A DNA stretch of 21,095 nt. It comes from Promethearchaeota archaeon. GTDB lineage: Archaea > Asgardarchaeota > Lokiarchaeia > Sigyniarchaeales > SOKP01. This document shows, in pieces, positions 9,872-17,158 of this stretch. Position numbers and translations under genes: made by a program. How positions within the stretch are numbered: the first letter of the stretch is position 1; each line of letters opens with the position of its first letter. Location of the stretch: contig JAHLWH010000259.1 in assembly GCA_019058015.1 (NCBI GenBank), positions 1 through 21,095 on the forward strand, written 5' to 3'. The notes under the pieces were generated by a model, which was not told the DNA's origin, made no database searches, and saw only the letters and a program-made list of their open reading frames with translations.

Positions 9872-10519
9872 ATGAATCTTCAAAAAATCATTGATGATTT
9901 TAAAAAGGAAAACCCGCCTCTTGATAAGAGTAAAATTAATATTCCCGATTTCATTCCTGATGGAAAATATCTAGGCATTTCTCGTAATATTATTGTTGTA
10001 ATTGGCGATACTCTTCAGGAAGTAATGCGAGAATTATTTAAAAAATTTCCAGAGTCTGCGGTTGGTGTCATGCGAAAAGGTAAAGAATTAGAATCTTTTG
10101 AGACATTATATTGATTATTTTCATCAGAAAGTACTAAAAGTTATCACCAGGTTGAGAAAAGGGAAAATTTTTATCCATTTTTAGAATTTTCAATAATTAT
10201 TAATGGAGAAGAACAATCCCTCTTAGGATTAATCGATACTGGTGCCACAATCATGACTTTGGATAAAAAACTTGTTAATGAATATAATATAAAATCGTTT
10301 GAAAAGACTAAAGTTTTAACTGCAAATGGAATTATCGAAGCATCGATTTATAAATGCAAATTCCGTTATGAAAATCAAATAATTGAATTAAAAACTATTA
10401 GTTCAGATGTTAGTGGTCCATTAGCTATTCAGGCATTAGTCGGTAAAAATTTCATTGATAAATTTAATCTGATGTTTCTAGGAAAAGAAAAGCTATTTTG
10501 TCTTCAAACATTATACTAA
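9872..10519 (+). CDS. DUF5678-like domain fused in frame to a retropepsin-like (clan AA) aspartic protease, interrupted by one in-frame TGA at 10112-10114 (recoded gene or pseudogene)
   Basis: ORFs 9872-10114 and 10253-10519 share a frame. The 46 intervening codons are open and read LFSSESTKSYHQVEKRENFYPFLEFSIIINGEEQSLLGLIDTGATI. Protease motifs: LIDTGA (Asp codon 10235-10237), flap VLTANG, ALVGKNFI. The N-terminal GKYLGISRNIIVVIGDTLQEVMRELFKKFP resembles DUF5678 (recognised by eye). Confidence 0.8.
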
Positions 10520-10563
10520 TCCACTCAACTTTATTAATTTATACTGAAAATTCTCAAGTTCAA

Positions 10564-10601
10564 TTTATCCTAATTTTTGTATGCTTTATCTAATTTTTGT
10601 A
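10564..10601. repeat. Tandem direct repeat TTTATC(C)TAATTTTTGTA x2
   Basis: Copies at 10564-10581 and 10585-10601; the 12-nt core CTAATTTTTGTA recurs at an exact 20-nt period. Confidence 0.75.
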
Positions 10602-10732
10602 AGAGTAACATATAAATACGTAAAATTCAATAATTCCTTAATTTTAGTGCCATATTAAATAAAAAAACAAAGAGATAAGCAATTAAAAAAAAACATATTA
10701 AACCTGAAAAATTTTATTATTCTGATGATAAT

Positions 10733-11836
10733 ATGAGTGAAGAGAATTTAGATATATACCGTGAATTGCAAAAACACCTCGATAAAATGCCAATTGGGTT
10801 TCCTACGACGAGATCAGGAGTTGATATCCGCATATTAAAATATTTATTCACTCCTAAAGAGGCAGAAATTGCTATGAAATTGAGTTTCATTCCAAAACCT
10901 TTGAAAAAAATTTATAGGTACGTAAAGAAGTCTGGGGTGTCCATCGAAGAATTAGAGAAGATTTTAGATATCATGGTTGATAAGGGATCCATAAATTATG
11001 ATAAAAAAGAAGATGAGAAATACTATGGAAATGCCCCTTTCGCAATCGGGATGCATGAATACCAGGTAAGCCTACTCACAAAAGAGTATTATAAAGATGC
11101 TCAACAATATATTGAGGAGGCATTCTTAGATGAGTATGTAAAGATGGGACCCCAGATACGCACCATACCAATGGAAGAAAGCATTACACCAGAACATCAT
11201 ATAGCGAGTTATAATGATCTAGAACAAATTATTGAAAATGAAGAGGGTCCATTTAGTGTGTTTAGCTGTATTTGTCGTAAGGGGAAGGGACTCATTGGAC
11301 AATCATGTAATCAAACATCTCGGGATGAAACTTGCATGACATTTGGGGGTGGAGCTCAATTTTTTATAGATCAAGGATGGAGTCGAAAAATAAGTAAAGC
11401 AGAAGCCCTTGAAATCTTACGTAAAAATGAAGCTGATGGTTTGGTTCTTCAACCAGCAATTATTAGGAAACCTGGTTTTATTTGTTCTTGTTGTGGGTGT
11501 TGTTGTGATATTTTATTAAACGTTAAGAAGCTAGTCCGTCCAATAGAAGCATTTACGACCAATTATTATGCAGAGGTTGATATAGAATTATGCACAGGAT
11601 GTGAAACTTGTGTTGATCGTTGTCAAATGGATGCCTTGACTCTTATTGACGACAATTCTGTAGTAAATCTAGATCGATGTATTGGTTGTGGTCTCTGTGT
11701 TCCAACATGCCCTTCAGGGGCTATGCACCTTAATAAAAAAGAGGAAGAAATCGTCCCCCCAAAAGATAAAACCGAATTATTCCTCGGTTTTGTGGATAGA
11801 AAAGCGGAACTGGCTCGGATTAAAAAGAACCAGTAA
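10733..11836 (+). CDS. 4Fe-4S dicluster protein with N-terminal helical/HTH-like region and Cys-rich central domain
   Basis: CICR, ETC, ICSCCGCCC; C-terminal CTGCETCVDRC and CIGCGLCVPTCP ferredoxin motifs. Confidence 0.85.
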   Translation: MSEENLDIYRELQKHLDKMPIGFPTTRSGVDIRILKYLFTPKEAEIAMKLSFIPKPLKKIYRYVKKSGVSIEELEKILDIMVDKGSINYDKKEDEKYYGNAPFAIGMHEYQVSLLTKEYYKDAQQYIEEAFLDEYVKMGPQIRTIPMEESITPEHHIASYNDLEQIIENEEGPFSVFSCICRKGKGLIGQSCNQTSRDETCMTFGGGAQFFIDQGWSRKISKAEALEILRKNEADGLVLQPAIIRKPGFICSCCGCCCDILLNVKKLVRPIEAFTTNYYAEVDIELCTGCETCVDRCQMDALTLIDDNSVVNLDRCIGCGLCVPTCPSGAMHLNKKEEEIVPPKDKTELFLGFVDRKAELARIKKNQ

Positions 11837-12012
11837 AAAACAAGTTCAGATTGAATTATATAATTTAATTTTATTCAATCTTTTTTTAATATTATTCATT
11901 TTTCATTATGAGAGAATATTACTTATTATCATACATTTTATAATTTTAGGCAGTAAATTGAATTTGAGAATATTCGGTAATACAGAATAAAATAAAAAAA
12001 TGTGCTAAATAA

Positions 12013-13509
12013 TTGATGAATATTGATATAATTGATGTATTTCTTCATCCAAGATCTGTTGCTGTCATAGGTGCTTCAAAAAATCCTATGAAAGGCGGAA
12101 ATCGCATTGTAAATAATCTTATACAAAATAATTTTAAGGGAAAGGTTTATCTTATAAATCCAAACTCAGAAGGTAAATTGCTCGGTTTAGAATTTAAGAA
12201 ATCAGTTTTAGAAATTGAAGATGAAGTTGATCTTGCTATTTTTTATGTTCCAAATCGACTTATACCCGGTCTATTAAAAGATTGCATAAAAAAAGGTATT
12301 AAAGGGGCAATTATTGAGGCATCTGGATTTGAAGAGGTGGGTGAAAAGGGTCTTGAATTAAGTGATCAAATCCTTAAATTAACGGATAATTTCTCGAAAA
12401 TAAGAATTGTTGGACCGAATTGTATGGGACTTACAACAATTGATGGTGATAGCGAAGGTGATGAAAAAGGAGGTTTTTTTTGCGGGTTTGGCGTTTTTAC
12501 AAATTACAAAAGAGGAAATGTTGCAATAATTAGCCAATCGGGAATGTTGAATGGGGGATATCTCATGTATCTAATGTCAAAATATCCTAATCTTGGTTTT
12601 CGATATTCATGTTCCATTGGAAATAAAATGGATTTAAGTGAATTGGAATTTTTAGAATATTTATTAGAAGATTCCACTGTCAATGTTATTGCTTTATATC
12701 TTGAATCTTTTAAAGATCCTATTAAGTTCATTAAATTATGCAGAAAAGTTAAAAATATTCCAAATAAGACGATTATCTTAGTAAAGGGTGGAGTAACTAC
12801 TCAAGGTCAGAAAGCAACTTTAAGCCATACGGGAGCTCTTGCAGAGAATTCGCAATTGATTGATGCTGTAATTAAGCAAACAGGTATAATACGAGCGTAT
12901 AGCTTCCATGAATTATTTCAGTTTGCTAGAACTTTCTCAATGATGTATAACACAGGAAAAAAATTGCCTAAATGGGGTAATGTTTCAATGATTGCTGGTT
13001 CTGGAGGTGCAGGCACAATTTCAGCAGATCTCACCATAAAATATGGTCTAAATTTTCCTATTTTGGGAGATAAGGCATATAAAGCATTAGAAGATGTGTT
13101 TCCGGAGTGGATGCCTCCAAATCGATTCGCACTTGTAGATATATGGCCAGCTATGGAAAAAGCTATAATGAATAAAGTGGGACTTGATGCTGTAATGAAA
13201 TCTGTTTATAAGGTAGTATTAAGTGAACCTGATATTGAAGGCCTTTTTAATATGATGTTTTGTTCAAAACAATTTAGATTTTTAAGTAATGTCGATCAGA
13301 TAATTGAAATTGCTAGTCGATCTTCAAAACCAATATTTTTTTGGTTGATTGGTGAAGATAAGGAAGTTCGTCGAAATTCACAATTGTTAGCTAAGCATGA
13401 TTTACCATCCTTTTCCAGTTTAGAAGATATGGTCAAAAACTTTTGGGTATTAGTTCAAGAATCAAATAATAAAAATAAAATTTTAAACCAATTTATGACT
13501 CAGAACTAA
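12013..13509 (+). CDS. ADP-forming acyl-CoA synthetase (acetate--CoA ligase) alpha-subunit-like protein; likely ATG start at 12016
   Basis: PRSVAVIGAS CoA-binding fold, GPNCMG, ISQSG, SIGNKMDL, YLES, phospho-His motif SHTGALA, GSGGAG. No ATP-grasp domain is present. Confidence 0.87.
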   Translation: MMNIDIIDVFLHPRSVAVIGASKNPMKGGNRIVNNLIQNNFKGKVYLINPNSEGKLLGLEFKKSVLEIEDEVDLAIFYVPNRLIPGLLKDCIKKGIKGAIIEASGFEEVGEKGLELSDQILKLTDNFSKIRIVGPNCMGLTTIDGDSEGDEKGGFFCGFGVFTNYKRGNVAIISQSGMLNGGYLMYLMSKYPNLGFRYSCSIGNKMDLSELEFLEYLLEDSTVNVIALYLESFKDPIKFIKLCRKVKNIPNKTIILVKGGVTTQGQKATLSHTGALAENSQLIDAVIKQTGIIRAYSFHELFQFARTFSMMYNTGKKLPKWGNVSMIAGSGGAGTISADLTIKYGLNFPILGDKAYKALEDVFPEWMPPNRFALVDIWPAMEKAIMNKVGLDAVMKSVYKVVLSEPDIEGLFNMMFCSKQFRFLSNVDQIIEIASRSSKPIFFWLIGEDKEVRRNSQLLAKHDLPSFSSLEDMVKNFWVLVQESNNKNKILNQFMTQN

Positions 13510-13756
13510 TAAATTATTTCTCAAATATCAAAAATAATTGTCATTCATTCTTTTTTGAGATTTCATGTTTAATTCTTTCAAATTCTTTAATAATATCGAA
13601 TAAAAACAATTCATTAAGTTAAAGTAAAGGAGACCTTCAAACCCAATATTGATAACAAAAGGGGTTAAGACAAACTTTTCTTTAAATATGTTAAAAATAA
13701 TAGAAAAGTAAAAATATAAATACAAAAAAGTTTAATAATTCTAATGTTTTAAATTT

Positions 13757-13791
13757 CAATTTTATTGAATAAAAATTATAATGAGAGGTGA
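13757..13791 (+). promoter_or_regulatory. Conserved leader of paralogue 1: CAATTTTATTG dyad plus ATGAGAGGTGA SD
   Basis: The same elements recur at 14471-14499 before paralogue 2. Confidence 0.55.
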
Positions 13792-13800
13792 AAGTGATTT

Positions 13801-14103
13801 ATGACATTCTTTATGGTGACTGCTACATTTCCACCTGACAAAGCAACTGGAGTTGGAAAAGCATTTACTTCAGGAAAATTAACTGAACTACCATCTTTCG
13901 TAAAGCGTATAAGCATTTTTGTTGTGCCGGAAGGTAATATTAAGACTTATGCAATTTATGAGTGTGAAGATGAGAAAGCACATGAAGGATATAAGGCAAT
14001 AGCGAAGAGATACACTGGCTACTACGAACTTGAAGGATGGAAGCACAAAATAGAGCATCTTCTAACGCCAAATGAGGCGTTACCAATGATTGGACTAGGT
14101 TAA
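13801..14103 (+). CDS. Hypothetical ~100-aa protein, probable dimeric alpha+beta barrel fold; tandem paralogue 1
   Basis: Strong SD (GAGGTGA at 13785-13791); 43/99 identities without gaps to 14511-14810 (hand count). Fold is inferred from the strand/helix pattern. Confidence 0.8.
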   Translation: MTFFMVTATFPPDKATGVGKAFTSGKLTELPSFVKRISIFVVPEGNIKTYAIYECEDEKAHEGYKAIAKRYTGYYELEGWKHKIEHLLTPNEALPMIGLG

Positions 14104-14281
14104 CCCTCCAATAGATCTAATAGGTTTAATTTTGATTAAAATCACAATGAATTCAGAAAATTTTTAAAAATCTTTAATAAACATTAGTATAAAGTATATA
14201 GATTAGAAAAAAATCTGTAATAATGAAATTACAATATTTGAATTGATTAATAAAATTTTTAATTTTTTTTTTAATTTTGAT

Positions 14282-14356
14282 TTTAAATTAAATGTTTTTT
14301 AAATTTCAATATAAAGCCTTCTTTATCAATTTCAATCCAGATATTGCAATAATTCT
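14282..14356 (-). pseudogene. Remnant of the 3' end of the crotonase gene at 14871-15659
   Basis: About 64/76 nt identical to 14875-14950 (hand alignment, one 1-nt gap). Translates NYCNIWIEIDKEGFILKFKK versus NFCSNWFEIGKEGFILKFKK in the intact gene. Confidence 0.85.
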
Positions 14357-14470
14357 GAAGGAAATTGATGGAAAATAATGAATTTTTACACTTCTTAATT
14401 CTATTTTTTTTTGAAAGTATAGTAAAATTTTTATATTAAAAAAATCGAATAGATATTTGCTTCTTAAATC

Positions 14471-14499
14471 CAATTTTATTGAAAAAAAAAATGAGAGGT
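14471..14499 (+). promoter_or_regulatory. Conserved leader of paralogue 2: CAATTTTATTG dyad plus ATGAGAGGT SD
   Basis: Matches 13757-13789; ATGAGAGGT begins exactly 20 nt before the ATG in both copies. Confidence 0.55.
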
Positions 14500-14510
14500 A
14501 AGAGATAAGT

Positions 14511-14810
14511 ATGGTATATATTTTGGTAACTGCAATTTACCCACCATCAAAAGGTGTTGAGTTAGCAAAAATATGGCTTTCTGGCAAACAACCAAAATAC
14601 CCTGATTTTATAAAACGTGTCCATCAGTTTGTAACTGCAGATTTTAAAGCAAAAAGTTATGCGCTTTATGAATGTGAAGATGATAAAATAGTGGAGGGTA
14701 TGAAAGCAATTGGGGCAAGGTATGTTCATTATGCAAGTATCGAAGGTTATGAGTATAAAGCTGAGATTTTAATGGAAAGTAAAGATGCATTGAAATTGGT
14801 TGGATTATAA
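14511..14810 (+). CDS. Hypothetical ~100-aa protein; tandem paralogue 2
   Basis: Shares VTAxxPPxK, SGK, PxFxKR, YAxYECED, EGxKAIxxRY, EG and ALxxxGL with 13801-14103. Confidence 0.8.
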   Translation: MVYILVTAIYPPSKGVELAKIWLSGKQPKYPDFIKRVHQFVTADFKAKSYALYECEDDKIVEGMKAIGARYVHYASIEGYEYKAEILMESKDALKLVGL

Positions 14811-14870
14811 TATAATTAAAATAAATAAAACTTAATTATCCACTTTTTTTTTTAAGATAAGTATTGAAAA

Positions 14871-15659
14871 CTAATTTAAATTAAACTCTTTTTTGAATTT
14901 TAGTATAAAGCCTTCTTTTCCAATTTCAAACCAATTACTGCAAAAATTCTCCATTTTATAGGCTTCTTCATAAGATTTTTCCCAGACATGATTGGCACAA
15001 AGCCTTATACCATTAATTACCGCCTGATTTCTTGAAGCAAGAAATTTTGCCTTTTCCATAGCGAATGCCATTAATTCATCCATGGTATTCACAAGCTCAT
15101 CTATTAATCCAAAATTTAAAGCTTGTTCTGGTGTAATCTTTTCACCCCACATTAGTATCTTTTTTGTCAATAACGGACCTATCGTGCGAACCATCTGAGT
15201 TATACACCCTGTTCCAGGAAAGACATTTATAAGAATCTCCGGCATTTGGTAATAACCTTCATTAAGTGCAACTCTATAATCGCAAAACAGAGGTATTTCA
15301 AGACCTCCACCTAACGCCCTACCGTTAATTGCTACAACAACGGGTTTCCCATTTAAAAGAATGTGAACAACTTCAGCCAATAATTTTTCAAGTTTTTTTG
15401 CAACTGAAATATCCTTACCGCTTACACTGGCGACATCAATTCCAGTAGAAAAATTTTTTCCATTGGCTGTCAAAATAATTGCTCGAATACGCTTATTATT
15501 TTGGCAATAAAGGAGTGCTTTCTTATAATTCTTTAATTGTTCTACATCAAAAGCATTTGAACGCTCAATTTTATTTAATGTTATAATTCCAATGCGATTT
15601 TTTACTTTAAATTCAATAAAGCGACCAAAATTAATTTCATTATCTGCCATTTTTCTCAA
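14871..15659 (-). CDS. Enoyl-CoA hydratase/isomerase family protein; likely ATG start at 15650
   Basis: NAFD, FSTGID, KPVVVAINGRALGGGLE, CDYRVA, MPE, FPGTG, EQALNFGLID. Confidence 0.9.
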   Translation of the reverse strand: MRKMADNEINFGRFIEFKVKNRIGIITLNKIERSNAFDVEQLKNYKKALLYCQNNKRIRAIILTANGKNFSTGIDVASVSGKDISVAKKLEKLLAEVVHILLNGKPVVVAINGRALGGGLEIPLFCDYRVALNEGYYQMPEILINVFPGTGCITQMVRTIGPLLTKKILMWGEKITPEQALNFGLIDELVNTMDELMAFAMEKAKFLASRNQAVINGIRLCANHVWEKSYEEAYKMENFCSNWFEIGKEGFILKFKKEFNLN

Positions 15660-15735
15660 AAATATATTAATTTTAAATTGAAAATTGATATCGTTTAATA
15701 TTTAATATTTATAGGATTTATCATTTTATTTGTTT

Positions 15736-16188
15736 TCAAAATTTCCCTTTTATCCAGCCTATTTTATCGGTTTCTCTATTATCAATAGATGGAATGAAAG
15801 GTTTTATATCTAAAACAGGGGTCCCATCGATTAAATCAAGATTCTCAACATAGATAAAATTCTTTTCAATTTTTTCTAATTTAAAAACCGAAAATCCTAT
15901 TGGATTTGGCCTGTAGGGAGACCGTATTGAAAAGATCCCATGTTTAATATTATCCCAATGGGTTCTCGATTGAAGGCGCACTGGGGGTTTTACTAAGTGA
16001 AAATAAGACAAACATATTATATATTCAAAACCTTCCAAATCTTTTAGACCATCTTTAAATTCTTCAAAAACTTCTATCCTTCCCTTTGCTTTAGAAAATT
16101 TAGGTTGAACGGGAACATTTCCATTTGATTTTAAGGGAGAATGAATTTTTCCAATTGGTTTAAACTCTACTTCTACCATAATAATCAT
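15736..16188 (-). CDS. trmO: TrmO/TsaA (YaeB) family SAM-binding tRNA m6t6A37 methyltransferase; likely start at 16179
   Basis: FKPIGKIHSP, DGLKDLEGF, GIFSIRSPYRPNPIG, LDLIDGTPVLDIKPF. Confidence 0.9.
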   Translation of the reverse strand: MIIMVEVEFKPIGKIHSPLKSNGNVPVQPKFSKAKGRIEVFEEFKDGLKDLEGFEYIICLSYFHLVKPPVRLQSRTHWDNIKHGIFSIRSPYRPNPIGFSVFKLEKIEKNFIYVENLDLIDGTPVLDIKPFIPSIDNRETDKIGWIKGKF

Positions 16189-16203
16189 TATTTATGAATT
16201 ATA

Positions 16204-16593
16204 TTATCCCCCTGTAAGAGGTTCTAGATAATCCATAATATATTCTGCTAGAGAACTATATGTCATAGTTAATTGTAGATCCCCCTCAATTTGCAGATCT
16301 CCACTCATATAGGCAGAAGTTCCATCTAATTCTCCGGTAAAGAAATCTTTAGCTACATCAAAATCCCTAATTGTCATCGTGACATCTGGATCTTCAATTT
16401 CTTCATCTATCATATAAGAATAATTTCCATCTTCAAAAATTTGAAAACCCGTAAAATTTCCAATTTTCCATAATATTTTTGCTTCAAAATCTTCCATTTC
16501 ATCTTGAAATTCCTCATCAACTTTAGCAATTTCATCTATACTTTTTAACATTAAATAAAACAGCATTTTTACTTGAAACTCTTTTTTATCCAT
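16204..16593 (-). CDS. SCP2 sterol/lipid-binding domain protein (acidic)
   Basis: DPDVTMTI...FFTGELDGTSAYMSGDLQIEGDLQL matches the SCP2 C-terminal signature; SD GAGGTGA at 16598-16604. Confidence 0.87.
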   Translation of the reverse strand: MDKKEFQVKMLFYLMLKSIDEIAKVDEEFQDEMEDFEAKILWKIGNFTGFQIFEDGNYSYMIDEEIEDPDVTMTIRDFDVAKDFFTGELDGTSAYMSGDLQIEGDLQLTMTYSSLAEYIMDYLEPLTGG

Positions 16594-16604
16594 TTAATCA
16601 CCTC

Positions 16605-17006
16605 TTATCTTGCTAAATCCCCAATATAATCTTTTACAGTATCCAAAATAAAATTGAGTTGCTCAGCCTTTCCAATATCTCCCAAAATCTTTATTTTATC
16701 GCCCATTTCATTAATATCTTGCCTTCCAGTTAATATTTTTAATGCAACTTCAGCATCACTGATTTCAAAAGTTAAGGTGGGATTTGTTGGTGCTGTTCCT
16801 TCAGAACCATTAATATCTCCATCTTTTATTTCAGTGTAAAATAATATATCATTTCCAACTTTCCATTCAATTAATTCGTTCAAACCCTTTAATTTATCTC
16901 GGTAATCATCGTCAAATTTCGCAATCTCTTTCGCAGCGTAATTTATCGTATTCATTAATACTTTAACACATACTCTTTCTTCTTTCGACATTTCTGTAAT
17001 CTCCAA
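16605..17006 (-). CDS. SCP2-like domain protein; likely ATG start at 16991
   Basis: PTLTFEISDAEVALKILTG...KIKILGD; overall similarity to the downstream SCP2 protein; GGAG lies 9 nt before ATG 16991. Confidence 0.72.
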   Translation of the reverse strand: MEITEMSKEERVCVKVLMNTINYAAKEIAKFDDDYRDKLKGLNELIEWKVGNDILFYTEIKDGDINGSEGTAPTNPTLTFEISDAEVALKILTGRQDINEMGDKIKILGDIGKAEQLNFILDTVKDYIGDLAR

Positions 17007-17037
17007 TCTATTTTTAATTAACTTAAATAATAATTTG

Positions 17038-17067
17038 AATTGTTATTATAAAAAAATTATAACAATT
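17038..17067 (-). promoter_or_regulatory. Inverted repeat AATTGTTAT-N12-ATAACAATT enclosing a TATA-like box of the SCP2 operon
   Basis: Perfect 9-bp arms at 17038-17046 and 17059-17067; the spacer reads AATTTTTTTATA on the minus strand. Confidence 0.5.
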
Positions 17068-17158
17068 TGAAAATTTAAAAATTAAATAATGCTGAAAAAT
17101 CTAATGTAATAACTTTTTAGAAGATTATCCTTGTTAGTATTAAACTAAATTATTTATT

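Noticed and set aside
10112-10114. Genome-wide UGA reassignment (code 4/25) as the explanation
   Set aside because: TGA terminates trmO (15736) and tetR (17159) at plausible C-termini, and no other gene in the window has an internal TGA.
10251-10285. ATGA...AAAAAA...TGA resembling a eukaryote-type SECIS core
   Set aside because: The intervening stem does not pair well and it lies within the CDS. I saw no convincing SECIS in 10520-10732 by eye either; a covariance-model search is needed.
10253-10519. 88-aa ORF as an independent gene
   Set aside because: It starts after the catalytic DTG, so it is the C-terminal part of the 9872-10519 frame.
13528-13725. 65-aa minus-strand intergenic ORF
   Set aside because: F/I/L/N/K-rich composition typical of AT-rich non-coding DNA, non-ATG start, no SD or motif.
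13743-14310. AATGTTTT(TT)AAATTTCAAT at both 13743-13760 and 14291-14310
   Set aside because: Low-complexity AT sequence; the second copy is already explained by the crotonase remnant.
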